64,000 nt of DNA from an uncultured Ruminococcus sp. (GCA_900066355.1 FMEL01000017.1:11935-75934), one strand, 5' to 3'. Shown: positions 44,470 to 56,310, counted from the first letter of the stretch. Translations and numbers: made by a program. Notes: generated by a model not told the origin, from the sequence alone.

Positions 44470-44844
44470 ATGAAGAAACAGATTTATGATGAAAAGAACG
44501 GACTGAACTACACACTGCATGGAGATTATTATCTGCCGGATCTGGAAATCAATGAGGAAGAACCCACATATGGGAAATATGGAATAATGCGAAAACAGTT
44601 TCTGAAGGAACACAGGAGTGCCAGGTATCAATATCTGGTACTGACCGGGAAATTGACGGAGCATTTGAATCAGGTCGATAAAGAAGCGAGAGAAAAAGTT
44701 GAAATGCTGGTGGAACAGATGGCTGAGCAGTGGGGCGTGACAGAAAAACTGAAGATGCAGGATCAGATGGAATGGGTTAGGAAAATGAATAATATTCGTA
44801 GCAGAGCAGTAGAGATTATAGATGTAGAATTGATTTGTGTTTAG
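44470..44844 (+). CDS. TnpV-like protein
   Basis: 124 aa. LNYTLHGDYYLPDLEI...YGKYGIMRKQFLKEHRSARYQYLVLTGKLTEHL matches the pattern I recall for Tn4451 TnpV-family proteins. Confidence 0.65.
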   Translation: MKKQIYDEKNGLNYTLHGDYYLPDLEINEEEPTYGKYGIMRKQFLKEHRSARYQYLVLTGKLTEHLNQVDKEAREKVEMLVEQMAEQWGVTEKLKMQDQMEWVRKMNNIRSRAVEIIDVELICV

Positions 44845-44879
44845 GAGGACAAAGCGGCAGATATAATGTTAAAAGTAGT

Positions 44880-44893
44880 TGCGTGCGCACGCA
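44880..44893. promoter_or_regulatory. Perfect 14-bp palindrome TGCGTGCGCACGCA next to a TATAAT box (candidate MarR operator)
   Basis: The sequence is its own reverse complement. TATAAT lies at 44902-44907 and the marR start at 44933. Confidence 0.4.
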
Positions 44894-44932
44894 TATTGTA
44901 TTATAATACTGGTGGTTAGGAGGAATATATCT

Positions 44933-45382
44933 ATGAAACTATTAAAATGGCTTTCAGTAACAGACCGATTTTACAAAATCTATTTGGATAAACAGCTTGC
45001 CCCCTTTGGAATCAACAACAGCCAATATATGTTTTTGATTAAAATCTGTCGTTCGCCTGGCATTTTACAGGATTCTTTAATGGATATGTTTTATGTTCAT
45101 CCGAGCAATATTGTACGGACAGTTGCGGCATTAGAAAAGCAGGGAATGATTATGCGTTCCCCAAATGATAAGGATAAGCGGACGTGTAAGCTGTATCCTA
45201 CGGAACGTGCGCTGTCTGTAATTGATGAGATACAGACGGTATGTGAAAAGACAGAAGCTCTTTTATTGCAAGGCTTCAGGGAATCCGATAAAAACCTCTT
45301 TATTGATTTGCTGATTCAGGCAGGTGAAAATATTACAGCGGAACTCCGTATAGAAAGAAAGGGGGATGAATTTAATGACTGA
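44933..45382 (+). CDS. MarR-family transcriptional regulator
   Basis: Track ORF is 44879-45382. I moved the start to ATG 44933, which follows TAGGAGG. Winged-helix region: LMDMFYVHPSNIVRTVAALEKQGMIMRSPNDKDKRTCKLYPT. Confidence 0.8.
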   Translation: MKLLKWLSVTDRFYKIYLDKQLAPFGINNSQYMFLIKICRSPGILQDSLMDMFYVHPSNIVRTVAALEKQGMIMRSPNDKDKRTCKLYPTERALSVIDEIQTVCEKTEALLLQGFRESDKNLFIDLLIQAGENITAELRIERKGDEFND

Positions 45383-46730
45383 GAATCCCCTAGGATATGA
45401 AAAAATTTCAAAACTGTTGAAAGATTTTGCCATTCCCAGTATTATGGCGTCTCTTGTCGGCTCAATCTACAATATTGTGGATCAGATTTTTATTGGTCAA
45501 GGGGTCGGTTATCTGGGAAATGCAGCAACCAATGTTGCCTACCCGTTCTCTACCATCTGCCTTGCTATTGCACTGCTGGTTGGAATTGGCAGTGCTTCCC
45601 GTGTTTCCCTCTGTCTTGGACGCAAAGAGCCGAAAGCTGCCGCCAAAGCAGCGGGAAATGGTATTGTTCTGATGGGGATTTTCGGAATTATTTATTTATT
45701 GGTTGGTGAAGCTTTTCTGTCTTTGCTCCTAAAGGCATTTGGGGCAACGACAGATGTATTTCCATATGCAAAGCAGTATGCTAGCATAACATTGATTGGA
45801 ATGCCGTTTCTTATTGTAACGAATGGTATGAGCAATTTGATTCGAGCAGATGGAAAACCAAAGTATTCAATGGTTTGCATGGTTATGGGAGCTATTATCA
45901 ATACCATTCTTGACCCTATTTTTATTTTTGCTTGCGATTGGGGGATTGCCGGCGCAGCTTGGGCAACAGTTATTGGGCAAATTTTTTCCTTCATACTCGC
46001 ACTCCGTTATCTATGGCGTTTCCAAACAATCCATTTTGAAAAAGAGTCGTTTTTATTGGACATCAAAGAAAGTATGAAAATTTGCAGCATGGGAATCAGC
46101 AGCAGCTCAAACCAGATTGCAGTTACCGTGATTCAAATCATTCAGTACAATTCGTTGACTTATTACGGCGCATTAACAAAATATGGAACAGATATTCCCT
46201 TAGCTGCTTGCGGAATCGTTATGAAAACAAATGCCATAATCCTTGCGATTGTTGTAGGAATCTCGCAGGGAACACAGCCGATTATCGGCTTCAACTATGG
46301 GGCAAGGCAATACCATCGTGTACGGGAGGCTTACCTGCTTGCGGTAAAATGGAACCTTGTTGTTTCCACAATTGCTTTCATCGCATTTCAATTTTTCCCG
46401 CAATCTATCATTTCGCTATTCGGAGATGGGAACGAGCTGTATTTTGAATTTGCTGTTTTGTTCATGCGTACCTATCTTTTCATGGTGTTGGTAAATGGTG
46501 TGCAGTTGCTTTCTTCCAGTTTTTTTACCGCAATAGGAAAATCGTTAAAAGGTGCTCTGTTGGCATTAACAAGGCAGACCTTTGTGTTGATTCCGCTTAC
46601 CCTGCTGCTCCCGCTTCGTTTCGGAATTATGGGAGTATTGCTTGCGGGACCTGTTGCTGATTTTTCAGCGTTTATGCTATCTGTTGTACTGGTGGGTATA
46701 GAATTAAAAAAACAAAAAAATGACATGTAA
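45366..46730 (+). CDS. MATE-family efflux transporter
   Basis: 454 aa, 12-TM-like. LLKDFAIPSIMASLVGSIYNIVDQIFIGQGVG is a typical MATE N-terminus. Confidence 0.85.
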   Translation: MNLMTENPLGYEKISKLLKDFAIPSIMASLVGSIYNIVDQIFIGQGVGYLGNAATNVAYPFSTICLAIALLVGIGSASRVSLCLGRKEPKAAAKAAGNGIVLMGIFGIIYLLVGEAFLSLLLKAFGATTDVFPYAKQYASITLIGMPFLIVTNGMSNLIRADGKPKYSMVCMVMGAIINTILDPIFIFACDWGIAGAAWATVIGQIFSFILALRYLWRFQTIHFEKESFLLDIKESMKICSMGISSSSNQIAVTVIQIIQYNSLTYYGALTKYGTDIPLAACGIVMKTNAIILAIVVGISQGTQPIIGFNYGARQYHRVREAYLLAVKWNLVVSTIAFIAFQFFPQSIISLFGDGNELYFEFAVLFMRTYLFMVLVNGVQLLSSSFFTAIGKSLKGALLALTRQTFVLIPLTLLLPLRFGIMGVLLAGPVADFSAFMLSVVLVGIELKKQKNDM

Positions 46731-46814
46731 ACAACAGCCCTATGTGAAAACATTCTTTTTCCGCCGTTAAGTAATCAAGAAGCAAAAACTTAAAAACCGT
46801 TGCGATAAATTTTA

Positions 46815-47733
<919 letters not shown>

Positions 47734-47944
47734 CTATCATACAGGGTCACTGCTATATAATCTTGTGATTCGGGAACAGATTTTCTAAAAATGACCATAA
47801 AAATGACAGGGCATGTAACCCTGTCATAAAGTTAGAAATTGTTCCTTCACTTATAGGAGAAATTCGAGGGGATAAACGGAACTGTTTTTTTCTAAACAAT
47901 AGTATGTAAATGTTTACGACAAACTGCGATTTTCCTACGATTCA

Positions 47945-48769
47945 TCATATCTTATTTATCAGTTTTTCTATTAACGAATTCACTTCCTCCGGTGCATCGG
48001 TATTTGAATTATGTCCTGCATTTTTAATCCATGCAATAGGAATTCCAGTATTTTTATGCCATGCATTATTGTAACGAATACAAGAACCGGCATGATCTTT
48101 TTCTCCACATATCAGTTGAGCCGGACAGTTTATCCTGTATGGAAGATTAGTTTCCATTGCTTCTGCCAATATTCTAAAACCATGACCTGCGATTTTGGCA
48201 TATCTTTTTTGGTCACCATCGTAGATCATCATAATATCATGCATTAATTTTCTACCATATTCGGATGTAGCCACACCATTTGTTCCCGTTTTCAATAATG
48301 ATTTCCAAGGATAGTATCTATATACTGGCTCCATTTTTTTCAGAAGCCACAGCTCGATTCCTGTTACATATTTTCTTTGTAAAGGAGCAGAATCAATAGA
48401 AATAAATCCTTTCAGCTTGTTGGGAAATAATTCTGCATACGCTTGACCAACATAACCTCCCATGGATTGTCCTATAATCACTGGATACCGAATGTTTTCC
48501 AAGCTCAAAATATCATCAAGCCATTTCGCTTTATCCGACAAAGAAAAATTAAATTCAAACGGCCAGGATTTTGCATGACCAGGTGCATCCCATACAAAAA
48601 CATTATATATGCCTTCAAAGAATTCAATTTGTTTATCAAATAGTCTATGGTCGGCAGTTAAACCTGGAAGGAAAATCAAGGTTGCTTTTTCTGGATCTTG
48701 TCCCAGATTTATCCAATAATGAATACATCCACTTTGCGTTTTATATATCTTTTCATTCATTGCAAACAC
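47945..48769 (-). CDS. Alpha/beta-fold hydrolase
   Basis: 274 aa. The nucleophile elbow is IIGQSMGGYVG, with LIFLPGLTADHRLF near the N-terminus and GH near the C-terminus. Confidence 0.75.
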   Translation of the reverse strand: MFAMNEKIYKTQSGCIHYWINLGQDPEKATLIFLPGLTADHRLFDKQIEFFEGIYNVFVWDAPGHAKSWPFEFNFSLSDKAKWLDDILSLENIRYPVIIGQSMGGYVGQAYAELFPNKLKGFISIDSAPLQRKYVTGIELWLLKKMEPVYRYYPWKSLLKTGTNGVATSEYGRKLMHDIMMIYDGDQKRYAKIAGHGFRILAEAMETNLPYRINCPAQLICGEKDHAGSCIRYNNAWHKNTGIPIAWIKNAGHNSNTDAPEEVNSLIEKLINKI

Positions 48770-48946
48770 TCTTTCAAATTCAAGTTTTCTTTATTATAGT
48801 ACTGATTAAAACGTGATACAACATATAAGAAGGACGGGACTAAATAAATGTCCTGTCCATATCATTATGCTATGAATATATCAGTTGTCAGGGCTCCAGC
48901 CTATCCGCAAATACAGTTCATAATCACGCTTATCATCAGAAGCTCC

Positions 48947-49193
48947 ATGCGGAAGCGAAACGGCATTTATTATTATGTATATCCGTGTGTGTACCGGGAT
49001 AAAAAACTGACCTGCCTTGCCTATGCAACGTCGAAAAGTCCGTTAGGGCCATTTACTTATCAGGGGATAATTATTGATAATGCCAAATGCGACCCGAAAT
49101 CCTGGAATATACACGGAAGCAGAGCCGGGAACCTATGAAATCAAAGTAACCTGTAAAGGAGATGTGGTACTGCATTCCGTGACCATTCAGTAA
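48947..49193 (+). pseudogene. Glycoside hydrolase fragment (GH43-like), frameshifted remnant
   Basis: NGIYYYVYP...LAYATSKSPLGPFTYQGIIID is GH43-like. A second frame continues to the TAA at 49191-49193. No full-length ORF exists. Confidence 0.35.
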
Positions 49194-49300
49194 AGGAAAT
49201 GCAAACCTATTTTTACAATAAATAACTCAAAACTATAATACGAAAAGAAAAATATATGCTATCTTTATCCAAAAGAGAAAGATTGGCAGGAGGATGAAAC

Positions 49301-51598
49301 ATGGAAACAGCAAAAATAAAAGAATTGGTCTCCAGAATGACTCTGGAGGAGAAAGCATCTTTGTGTTCCGGGCTTGATTTCTGGCACACAAAAGGAGTGG
49401 AACGTCTCGGAATCCCTTCGGAAATGGTCTCAGACGGACCTCACGGACTCCGCAAGCAGGACGATAAAGCAGACCATTTGGGAATCAACGACAGCATTCA
49501 GGCTGTTTGCTTTCCAGCGGGATGTGCAACCGCATCCAGCTTTAACCGTGAGCTGGTGACAAAACTTGGAGAAACACTGGGGGAAGAGTGTCAGGCAGAA
49601 AATGTAAGCACAATCTTAGGCCCGGCTATGAACATTAAGCGTTCCCCGCTGTGCGGACGTAATTTTGAATACTATTCAGAGGACCCACTTGTGTCAACGG
49701 AAATGGCAGGTGCGCTTGTCCACGGCGTCCAGAGCAAACATATCGGAACAAGTCCGAAGCATTTTATGGCAAATAACCAGGAATATCACCGCTTAACAAG
49801 CTCTTCAGAAATGGATGAACGCACCATGCGTGAAATTTACCTTGCTTCTTTTGAAGGAATGGTAAAGAAGGAAAAGCCGTGGACCATTATGAACGCATAC
49901 AACAAGCTGAACGGCACATACCTTTGTGAAAATAAAGAAATGCTCACAGATGTGCTCCGCAAGGAATGGGGATTTGACGGCTATGTAATGACAGACTGGG
50001 GTGCGATGAATGACCGTGTGGAAGCTCTGAAAGCAGGCTGCAATCTGGAAATGCCGTCCTGTGAAGGCGCTACGGATGTGGAAATTGTTGCCGCAGTACA
50101 GGACGGAACACTGGATGAATCTGTACTGGACAAGTCCTGTGAAGAATATTTGAATGTTATTTTCAAATATGAGGAAAACAGAGACAAAAACGCGGTATTT
50201 CAGCATGAAAAAGACCATGAGACAGCCCGGGAAATCGAAGAGGAGTGTATTGTGCTTCTGAAAAATGAGGATGCGCTTCTCCCGTTGTCCGCAGACAAAA
50301 AGGTGGCTTTTATCGGCAAATACGCCGAGGAACCACGCTATCAGGGCGGCGGAAGTTCCCACATCAACAGCTTTAAAACAGAATCTGCAATGGACGCCGT
50401 AGAATTTCTCGCAACTGTAAAAAAGGAAAACATCACATTTGCCAAAGGCTTTGATGATGTTGAGGATAAAGTGGATGAAGCATTGGCTGCAAAAGCCGTA
50501 GAGGCTGCTGCTAATGCGGATGTGGCGGTAATCTTTGCCGGACTGCCGGACAGCTTTGAATCCGAAGGGTATGACCGGAAGCATCTTGGGATGCCGAACT
50601 GCCAGAACGCACTGATTGAAGCGGTGGCGGAAGCACAGCCGAACACCATAGTTGTGCTTCACAACGGCGCTCCGATAGAAATGCCGTGGCTCGGAAAAGT
50701 AAAAGCCGTGCTGGAAGCCTACCTGGGCGGACAGGCTGTGGGCGGCGCAGTGGTCAATGTGCTTTACGGAAATGCAAATCCAAGCGGACGATTGGCGGAA
50801 ACATTCCCACTTCGGATACAGGATACGCCGTGCTATTTGAATTACGGCGGAGAACATGACAAATCGGTTTATTCAGAGGGCGTATTTGTGGGATACCGCT
50901 ATTACACATCCAAAGAAATGGAAGTCCTGTTCCCGTTCGGATACGGATTGTCTTATACGACCTTTTCTTACGGCAATCTTACGGTGGACAAAAAGGAGTT
51001 TAAGGAAAGTGAAAAACTGCTGGTATCCGTAGACGTAACAAATACAGGCGCATGTACAGGAAAGGAAGTCGTACAGCTTTACGTAGCGCCGAAGGGCGGA
51101 ACAATCATCCGCCCGGTACGGGAGTTAAAAGCATTTGAAAAAACAGAACTTGCACCGGGTGAGACAAAAACCGTCACCTTTGAACTTGACAGCAGAGCCT
51201 ATGCATACTGGAATACGGAAATCCATGACTGGCATGTGGAGACCGGAGCCTATGAAATCCAGATTTGCCGGAATGCACAGGAAGTGCTTCTGTCAGAGGA
51301 AGTACAGGTAGAATCAGAAACCGTCCTGCCGAAAGTGTATACCCTCAATTCCACAATGGGAGAAATCATGGCAGACCCGAAAGGAAAAGCCATATTGGAA
51401 CAGGCAATGGGTGAAATGGAAGGAATGGACGGCGAGAGTACAGAGGAACAGATGCAGGATGATTCCGGAGTGATCAACGACGAAATGATGGCGGCAATGA
51501 TGGAAGCCATGCCGCTCAGACAGATGCTGAGTTTTGTACCGGGAGTGACAAAGGAAGCACTGAACCAGCTTGTTGCAGCGCTAAACGCAGCAGAATAA
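49301..51598 (+). CDS. GH3 beta-glucosidase (BglX-like; canonical domain order, Fn3-like C-terminus)
   Basis: 765 aa. SDGPHGLR, the KHF motif, GYVMTDWGA (nucleophile Asp), then an alpha/beta sandwich and an Fn3-like domain (VQLYV). Confidence 0.85.
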   Translation: METAKIKELVSRMTLEEKASLCSGLDFWHTKGVERLGIPSEMVSDGPHGLRKQDDKADHLGINDSIQAVCFPAGCATASSFNRELVTKLGETLGEECQAENVSTILGPAMNIKRSPLCGRNFEYYSEDPLVSTEMAGALVHGVQSKHIGTSPKHFMANNQEYHRLTSSSEMDERTMREIYLASFEGMVKKEKPWTIMNAYNKLNGTYLCENKEMLTDVLRKEWGFDGYVMTDWGAMNDRVEALKAGCNLEMPSCEGATDVEIVAAVQDGTLDESVLDKSCEEYLNVIFKYEENRDKNAVFQHEKDHETAREIEEECIVLLKNEDALLPLSADKKVAFIGKYAEEPRYQGGGSSHINSFKTESAMDAVEFLATVKKENITFAKGFDDVEDKVDEALAAKAVEAAANADVAVIFAGLPDSFESEGYDRKHLGMPNCQNALIEAVAEAQPNTIVVLHNGAPIEMPWLGKVKAVLEAYLGGQAVGGAVVNVLYGNANPSGRLAETFPLRIQDTPCYLNYGGEHDKSVYSEGVFVGYRYYTSKEMEVLFPFGYGLSYTTFSYGNLTVDKKEFKESEKLLVSVDVTNTGACTGKEVVQLYVAPKGGTIIRPVRELKAFEKTELAPGETKTVTFELDSRAYAYWNTEIHDWHVETGAYEIQICRNAQEVLLSEEVQVESETVLPKVYTLNSTMGEIMADPKGKAILEQAMGEMEGMDGESTEEQMQDDSGVINDEMMAAMMEAMPLRQMLSFVPGVTKEALNQLVAALNAAE

Positions 51599-51616
51599 AC
51601 ATACAGATCTACAAAA

Positions 51617-51663
51617 AAATACCGGAACAGGGGATTCAAGTTTCCTCTGTCCCGGTATTTTTC
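51617..51663. terminator. Bidirectional terminator between convergent genes
   Basis: A roughly 17-bp imperfect stem (AAATACCGGAACAGGGGA / TCCTCTGTCCCGGTATTT) is flanked by an A-run and a T-run. Confidence 0.8.
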
Positions 51664-51709
51664 TAGGACCACCAGGTGTCAGGCATTATTAAATTTCCTA
51701 ACTCAAAAA

Positions 51710-53077
51710 TTATTTAACAAACAACTCCCGCAGTGCTTTTCGGAATTCGAAGAAGAACAGTACTGCAGTGAATGTGACCGCCAAGAAGTCTGCAATCGGC
51801 TCAGCCATATACACAGCCATTGTCTGGTTGCTATGTAAGATTGCCGGCATGATGTAGATCAACGGAATGAGAAGGATGAATTTTCTCATAACTGCAACGA
51901 TGATCGATGCTTTAGCTCTTCCGATAGATGTAAATGTCATCTGGCAGGCAATCTGGATACCGAACATAAACAGACATGCCAGATAGATGCGCAGCGCTTT
52001 TGCAGTAAATGCAAGCAATGTGGCATCGGAGGTGAACATTCCTGCAAATACCTGCGGGAAGATCATGACGCAGAGCCACAGGAAAACGGAGTATGTCAGA
52101 CTGACCTTCAAAAGAAGTTTAAAGGCAGATTTGACACGATCCACATTTTTGGCTCCGTAGTTGTAGCTGATGATCGGCTGTGAACCTTGTCCGACTCCCT
52201 GCAGCGGAAGCATGGCAAACTGCATAACACTTGTCAGGATTGTCATTGCACCAACTGCGATATCTCCACCGTATTTCAAAAGAGAAGAGTTGAAACAAAC
52301 GGAGATGATACTTTCACTTGCCTGCATCACAAAGATGGAAGAACCGAGAGCGAGTGAAGGCAGGATAATCTTAGACTGAAGTTTCATATTGCAAACTTTC
52401 AGTTTCAATGTTGTCTTTTTTCCAAACAGGAACGTCAGAACCCAGATGCAGGAGCAGGCCTGAGAAATAACAGTGGCAAGGGCAGCACCGCGGACTCCGA
52501 GTCCAAATCCAAAGATGAAGATCGGATCCAGGATAATATTGGTAACAGCACCGATCAATACGGAGAGCATACCGGTTTTGGCAAATCCCTGAGCTGTGAT
52601 AAACGCGTTCATTCCAAGTGTGAGTTGTACAAAAAGCGTTCCGATAGCGTAAATGTTCATATAGGAAACAGCATATTCAATCGTGTTCTCACTTGCTCCA
52701 AAAGAAAGCAGGAAAGTCCGGTTTCCAATCAGAAGCACGATAGTAAGGATCGCAGATATGATGAGCTGTGTGAGAAAACAGTTGCCGAGGGTTTTCTCAG
52801 CAGACTCTGTATCTCTCTGTCCCATGAAAATAGATGCGCGCGGGGCCCCACCGTTTCCGACAAGGGCAGCGAATGCCGCTACGATCATGATCAGTGGCAT
52901 ACAAACACCTACGCCGGTCAGTGCAAGAGCACCTACATTTGGAATGTGACCAATGTAGATACGGTCTACGATATTGTAAAGCATGTTGATCATCTGTGCT
53001 GCAACGGTAGGCAGTGCCAGACGCAATAACAATTTACCGATAGGTTCGGTTCCTAAAAAATTCTTGTTCTCGTTCAT
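51710..53077 (-). CDS. MATE-family efflux transporter
   Basis: 455 aa. LLLRLALPTVAAQMINMLYNIVDRIYIGH is a MATE N-terminus. Confidence 0.85.
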   Translation of the reverse strand: MNENKNFLGTEPIGKLLLRLALPTVAAQMINMLYNIVDRIYIGHIPNVGALALTGVGVCMPLIMIVAAFAALVGNGGAPRASIFMGQRDTESAEKTLGNCFLTQLIISAILTIVLLIGNRTFLLSFGASENTIEYAVSYMNIYAIGTLFVQLTLGMNAFITAQGFAKTGMLSVLIGAVTNIILDPIFIFGFGLGVRGAALATVISQACSCIWVLTFLFGKKTTLKLKVCNMKLQSKIILPSLALGSSIFVMQASESIISVCFNSSLLKYGGDIAVGAMTILTSVMQFAMLPLQGVGQGSQPIISYNYGAKNVDRVKSAFKLLLKVSLTYSVFLWLCVMIFPQVFAGMFTSDATLLAFTAKALRIYLACLFMFGIQIACQMTFTSIGRAKASIIVAVMRKFILLIPLIYIMPAILHSNQTMAVYMAEPIADFLAVTFTAVLFFFEFRKALRELFVK

Positions 53078-53098
53078 TTCTCATTCTTCCTTTACAAA

Positions 53099-53554
53099 TT
53101 ATTTGTCTGAGTTCTGTTGCTGCATTTTGAATGCATTTTTTGCATTTTCCATCAGTTTCCGGTTCAAAAATTCCAGCTGCTCTTCCTCTTCTTTGGAAAA
53201 ACCATGGAAAAGCTCTGTACGGAATGTCTCCTTTATCGTATCAATCTCATTCGTGATTGGAATTGCATCCGGAAGCAGCTCAAGATGAATCCTTCGCCGG
53301 TCATTTTCATCCGGAATCCGTTTCAGTAAAGATTTTTGAATCAGCAGTTCTACAGCCTGAGAGACATTTCCCTTGGAAAGCATCCGTAGTTCTACGATGT
53401 CAGCAGCTGTGTCACGACCCGGATTATTATAGAGAAAACTGATGATCGTTGTCTCAATCAATGTCAGCTTATGCCGTCTGCATATTTCTTTCAGCATACA
53501 TTCGTACAGTTTGTTCAGTTGCCGGAATTGTACAAGAAAATGGGTTGAATTCAT
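53099..53554 (-). CDS. MarR-family transcriptional regulator
   Basis: 151 aa. Winged helix: DTAADIVELRMLSKGNVSQAVELLIQKSLLKRIPDENDRRRIHL. It lies upstream of the MATE gene on the same strand. Confidence 0.8.
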   Translation of the reverse strand: MNSTHFLVQFRQLNKLYECMLKEICRRHKLTLIETTIISFLYNNPGRDTAADIVELRMLSKGNVSQAVELLIQKSLLKRIPDENDRRRIHLELLPDAIPITNEIDTIKETFRTELFHGFSKEEEEQLEFLNRKLMENAKNAFKMQQQNSDK

Positions 53555-53811
53555 TATCCAAAACTCCTTTTGTGTTCAGATACAGAATGATTCGATTGAG
53601 TTCAACCAAAATGTATCACAGAACAGTTTTAAATAAAACAGTTCTAAAAAGAACTTTTAATTGTAATCATACGCACAAAAAGAGATTTGTCAAGAATAAT
53701 TTGAAAAATTGTGTTACAAAATTATAATAATAAATTTATATTTATAATACGGAATACTCTTCAACTGTTAGAATAGTAAAAAAATGAACAAGCTGCATTA
53801 GGGAGGTCCGA

Positions 53812-56289
53812 ATGAAAAAAATATCTTTAAACAAGAATTGGCAGTTTGCCAAAGGAACCATAACAATGATGGAGTTAATGATGGGAGACGCAGGAAATAT
53901 AGAAAATATTGATTTGCCCCATGATGCCATGATTTATCAGGAAAGAACTCCGGCAACTGCGAATGCACATCAGACAGGATTTTATCCGGGCGGTGAATAT
54001 ACATACATGAAAAAGTGGGAGATTCCGGAAGCGTGGAGGGGATGTACAGTTGTTTTGGAATTTGAAGGTGTTGCAGATACCTGCCGTATTTATATGAACG
54101 GGGATCTTGTAACAGAGCATGTGAATCCATATACAGGTATTTTTGCAGACGTCAGCGGTTATCTGAAGTATGGCCAGGAAAATGAACTGAAAGTAGAAGT
54201 ATGCAGTATAGAGCAGTCCAGCCGCTGGTATAGTGGTGCGGGGTTATACCGTTCTGTGTATGCATGGGTGGGAAAGACTGTGCATATTCCTGCCCAGGGG
54301 GTGCGTGTTACAACAAGAGAAGCTGACTGTGAGGCGGCAGTCGTGGAAGTAGAGGTTCCAATCTGTAATCGGGGAATGGTTTCCGAAACGGTACAGGTGG
54401 AAATTACATTGACCGGACCGAATGGGGCAGAAGCAGCCGCAGAGCACATACCGGTAACTGTTTTTGGAGAAAGCACGCAGATGTGCTGTCAGTGTTTGCT
54501 TGTAGAGCATCCTGCATTGTGGAGTGATGAAACACCAAATCTATACTCCTGCCGGATTACAATTTCTGAGGATGAAAATCCGATAGACAGTGTAAATATT
54601 TCAACAGGAATCCGTACACTTCGGCTGAATGCAAAACATGGTCTGTTGGTGAACGGTAAACCAACGAAACTGAGGGGGACTTGTATTCACCATGATAATG
54701 GGATTATCGGAGCGGCAACATTTCCAGATGCGGAGTATCGGCGTTGCCGCCAGATGAAGGAAGCCGGATTTAACGCTCTTCGAAGTGCACATCATCCGAT
54801 GAGTAAGGCAATGCTGGATGCCTGTGATAAGCTGGGCGTGTTGGTGATGGATGAACTGAGTGATATGTGGACTCGGACAAAGAATCCCCATGACTATGCA
54901 AATTATTTTCCGACACATTGGAAGCAGGATGTGTGGGACATGGTGGAAAAAGACTATAATCATCCATGCGTGATTTTGTACTCGACCGGAAATGAGATTC
55001 CGGAGGCGGGCACTCAAAAAGGGGCAGAATGGAATCGGAGGATTCATGCAGAAATGAAACGGCTGGATGCCACACGCTATACGACGAACGGAATCAATGG
55101 TCTGATGGCAGGAAATGACCGAATGGGCGAAATTATGTGCCAGGCTACAGGGATGACTCCGGAGCAGCTTGAAGCGATGCAGCAGCCGGATGAGCAGAAG
55201 CGTGGAGGCGCAGATGAAATCAATGGGATGGCTGAGGTTATGGTGGGACCGCTGGCAGATGCGATTGCCACCAGTCCGATTCTGGAAGAAATGATAGGAG
55301 AATTTGCTGCGGCAAATGACATTGCCGGATATAATTATCTGACGGCATTACATGAAGAAGATCACATACGTCATCCGAATCGGGTTGTGCTTGGCACAGA
55401 GACTTTTCCGGCGGACATTGTTCATTTGTGGGATATCGTAAAGCGCAATCCACATGTGTTAGGAGACTTTACATGGACCGGATATGATTATCTGGGAGAG
55501 GCCGGATGCGGTATATTCCATTATAATGGAGGAGTGAATTTTTCAGCGCATTGGCCGGACAGACTGGCAGGTATCGGTGACATTGATATTCTTGGTGATC
55601 GTAAACCAATCAGTTATCTACGGCAGGCAGTATTTGGAATTGGCCATGCACCATCTATCGGTGTACTTCGGATGGATAAGGCAGGAATTGAAGTCGGAAA
55701 AACACCGTGGATGTGGAAGGATAACCTTGCAAGCTGGACATGGCCGGGATATGAAGGGGAAACAGCAAGTGTGGATGTTTATGCCAATGCAGATGAGGCA
55801 GAACTGTTCTTGAATGGGGAAAGTCTGGGACGAAAGTCGATTGGCGGAGTATATGTTGTGACGTATGAGGTACCTTATCATCCGGGAAAGCTAGAGGCAG
55901 TCAGTTATCTGAACGGAGTGGAGGCAGGCCGGGCTGTCTTACAGACAGCAGGGAAAGCGGTGAAGCTTAAGGTTGAAGCCGACCGGAATGAACTTCCTGC
56001 TGACGGAGAAAGTCTTACTTTCGTAAAAATCAGACTGGAAGACGCAGCAGGAAATTTCAATCGTCGGGAAAGTGCAGCAGTTACAATTAAAGTAGAGGGA
56101 TGTGCTGCATTGCAGGGATTCGGAAGTGCAGACCCGAGCTGCGAAGGAAGTTACCAGTCTCATACATGGAATACCTATGACGGCAGTGTAATGGCAGTAA
56201 TCCGGGCTGCAAAATGTTCGGGGAAGGCAGTCGTAACCATTTCAGCGGTAAATTTTGCAGAAGAAAAACTCGTTCTGAACATCAAATAG
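53812..56289 (+). CDS. GH2-family glycosidase (beta-galactosidase/beta-glucuronidase-like)
   Basis: 825 aa. It has an N-terminal sugar-binding domain (LNKNWQFAKG), a TIM barrel with NALRSAHHP and NHPCVILYSTGNEIPE (acid/base Glu), and C-terminal Ig-like domains. Confidence 0.8.
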   Translation: MKKISLNKNWQFAKGTITMMELMMGDAGNIENIDLPHDAMIYQERTPATANAHQTGFYPGGEYTYMKKWEIPEAWRGCTVVLEFEGVADTCRIYMNGDLVTEHVNPYTGIFADVSGYLKYGQENELKVEVCSIEQSSRWYSGAGLYRSVYAWVGKTVHIPAQGVRVTTREADCEAAVVEVEVPICNRGMVSETVQVEITLTGPNGAEAAAEHIPVTVFGESTQMCCQCLLVEHPALWSDETPNLYSCRITISEDENPIDSVNISTGIRTLRLNAKHGLLVNGKPTKLRGTCIHHDNGIIGAATFPDAEYRRCRQMKEAGFNALRSAHHPMSKAMLDACDKLGVLVMDELSDMWTRTKNPHDYANYFPTHWKQDVWDMVEKDYNHPCVILYSTGNEIPEAGTQKGAEWNRRIHAEMKRLDATRYTTNGINGLMAGNDRMGEIMCQATGMTPEQLEAMQQPDEQKRGGADEINGMAEVMVGPLADAIATSPILEEMIGEFAAANDIAGYNYLTALHEEDHIRHPNRVVLGTETFPADIVHLWDIVKRNPHVLGDFTWTGYDYLGEAGCGIFHYNGGVNFSAHWPDRLAGIGDIDILGDRKPISYLRQAVFGIGHAPSIGVLRMDKAGIEVGKTPWMWKDNLASWTWPGYEGETASVDVYANADEAELFLNGESLGRKSIGGVYVVTYEVPYHPGKLEAVSYLNGVEAGRAVLQTAGKAVKLKVEADRNELPADGESLTFVKIRLEDAAGNFNRRESAAVTIKVEGCAALQGFGSADPSCEGSYQSHTWNTYDGSVMAVIRAAKCSGKAVVTISAVNFAEEKLVLNIK

Positions 56290-56310
56290 AAAGATGCCCC
56301 GCCTGATATA

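Noticed and set aside
49805-50857. 350-aa ORF on the minus strand
   Set aside because: It is entirely antisense to the well-supported GH3 gene, has odd composition (rich in C, F, H and R) and shows no motifs. It is a typical shadow ORF.
54451-54462. GGTAACTGTTTT inside the GH2 gene, matching the first 9 nt of the mini-element
   Set aside because: There is only a 9-nt match, with no second inverted repeat and no flanking duplication. Chance.
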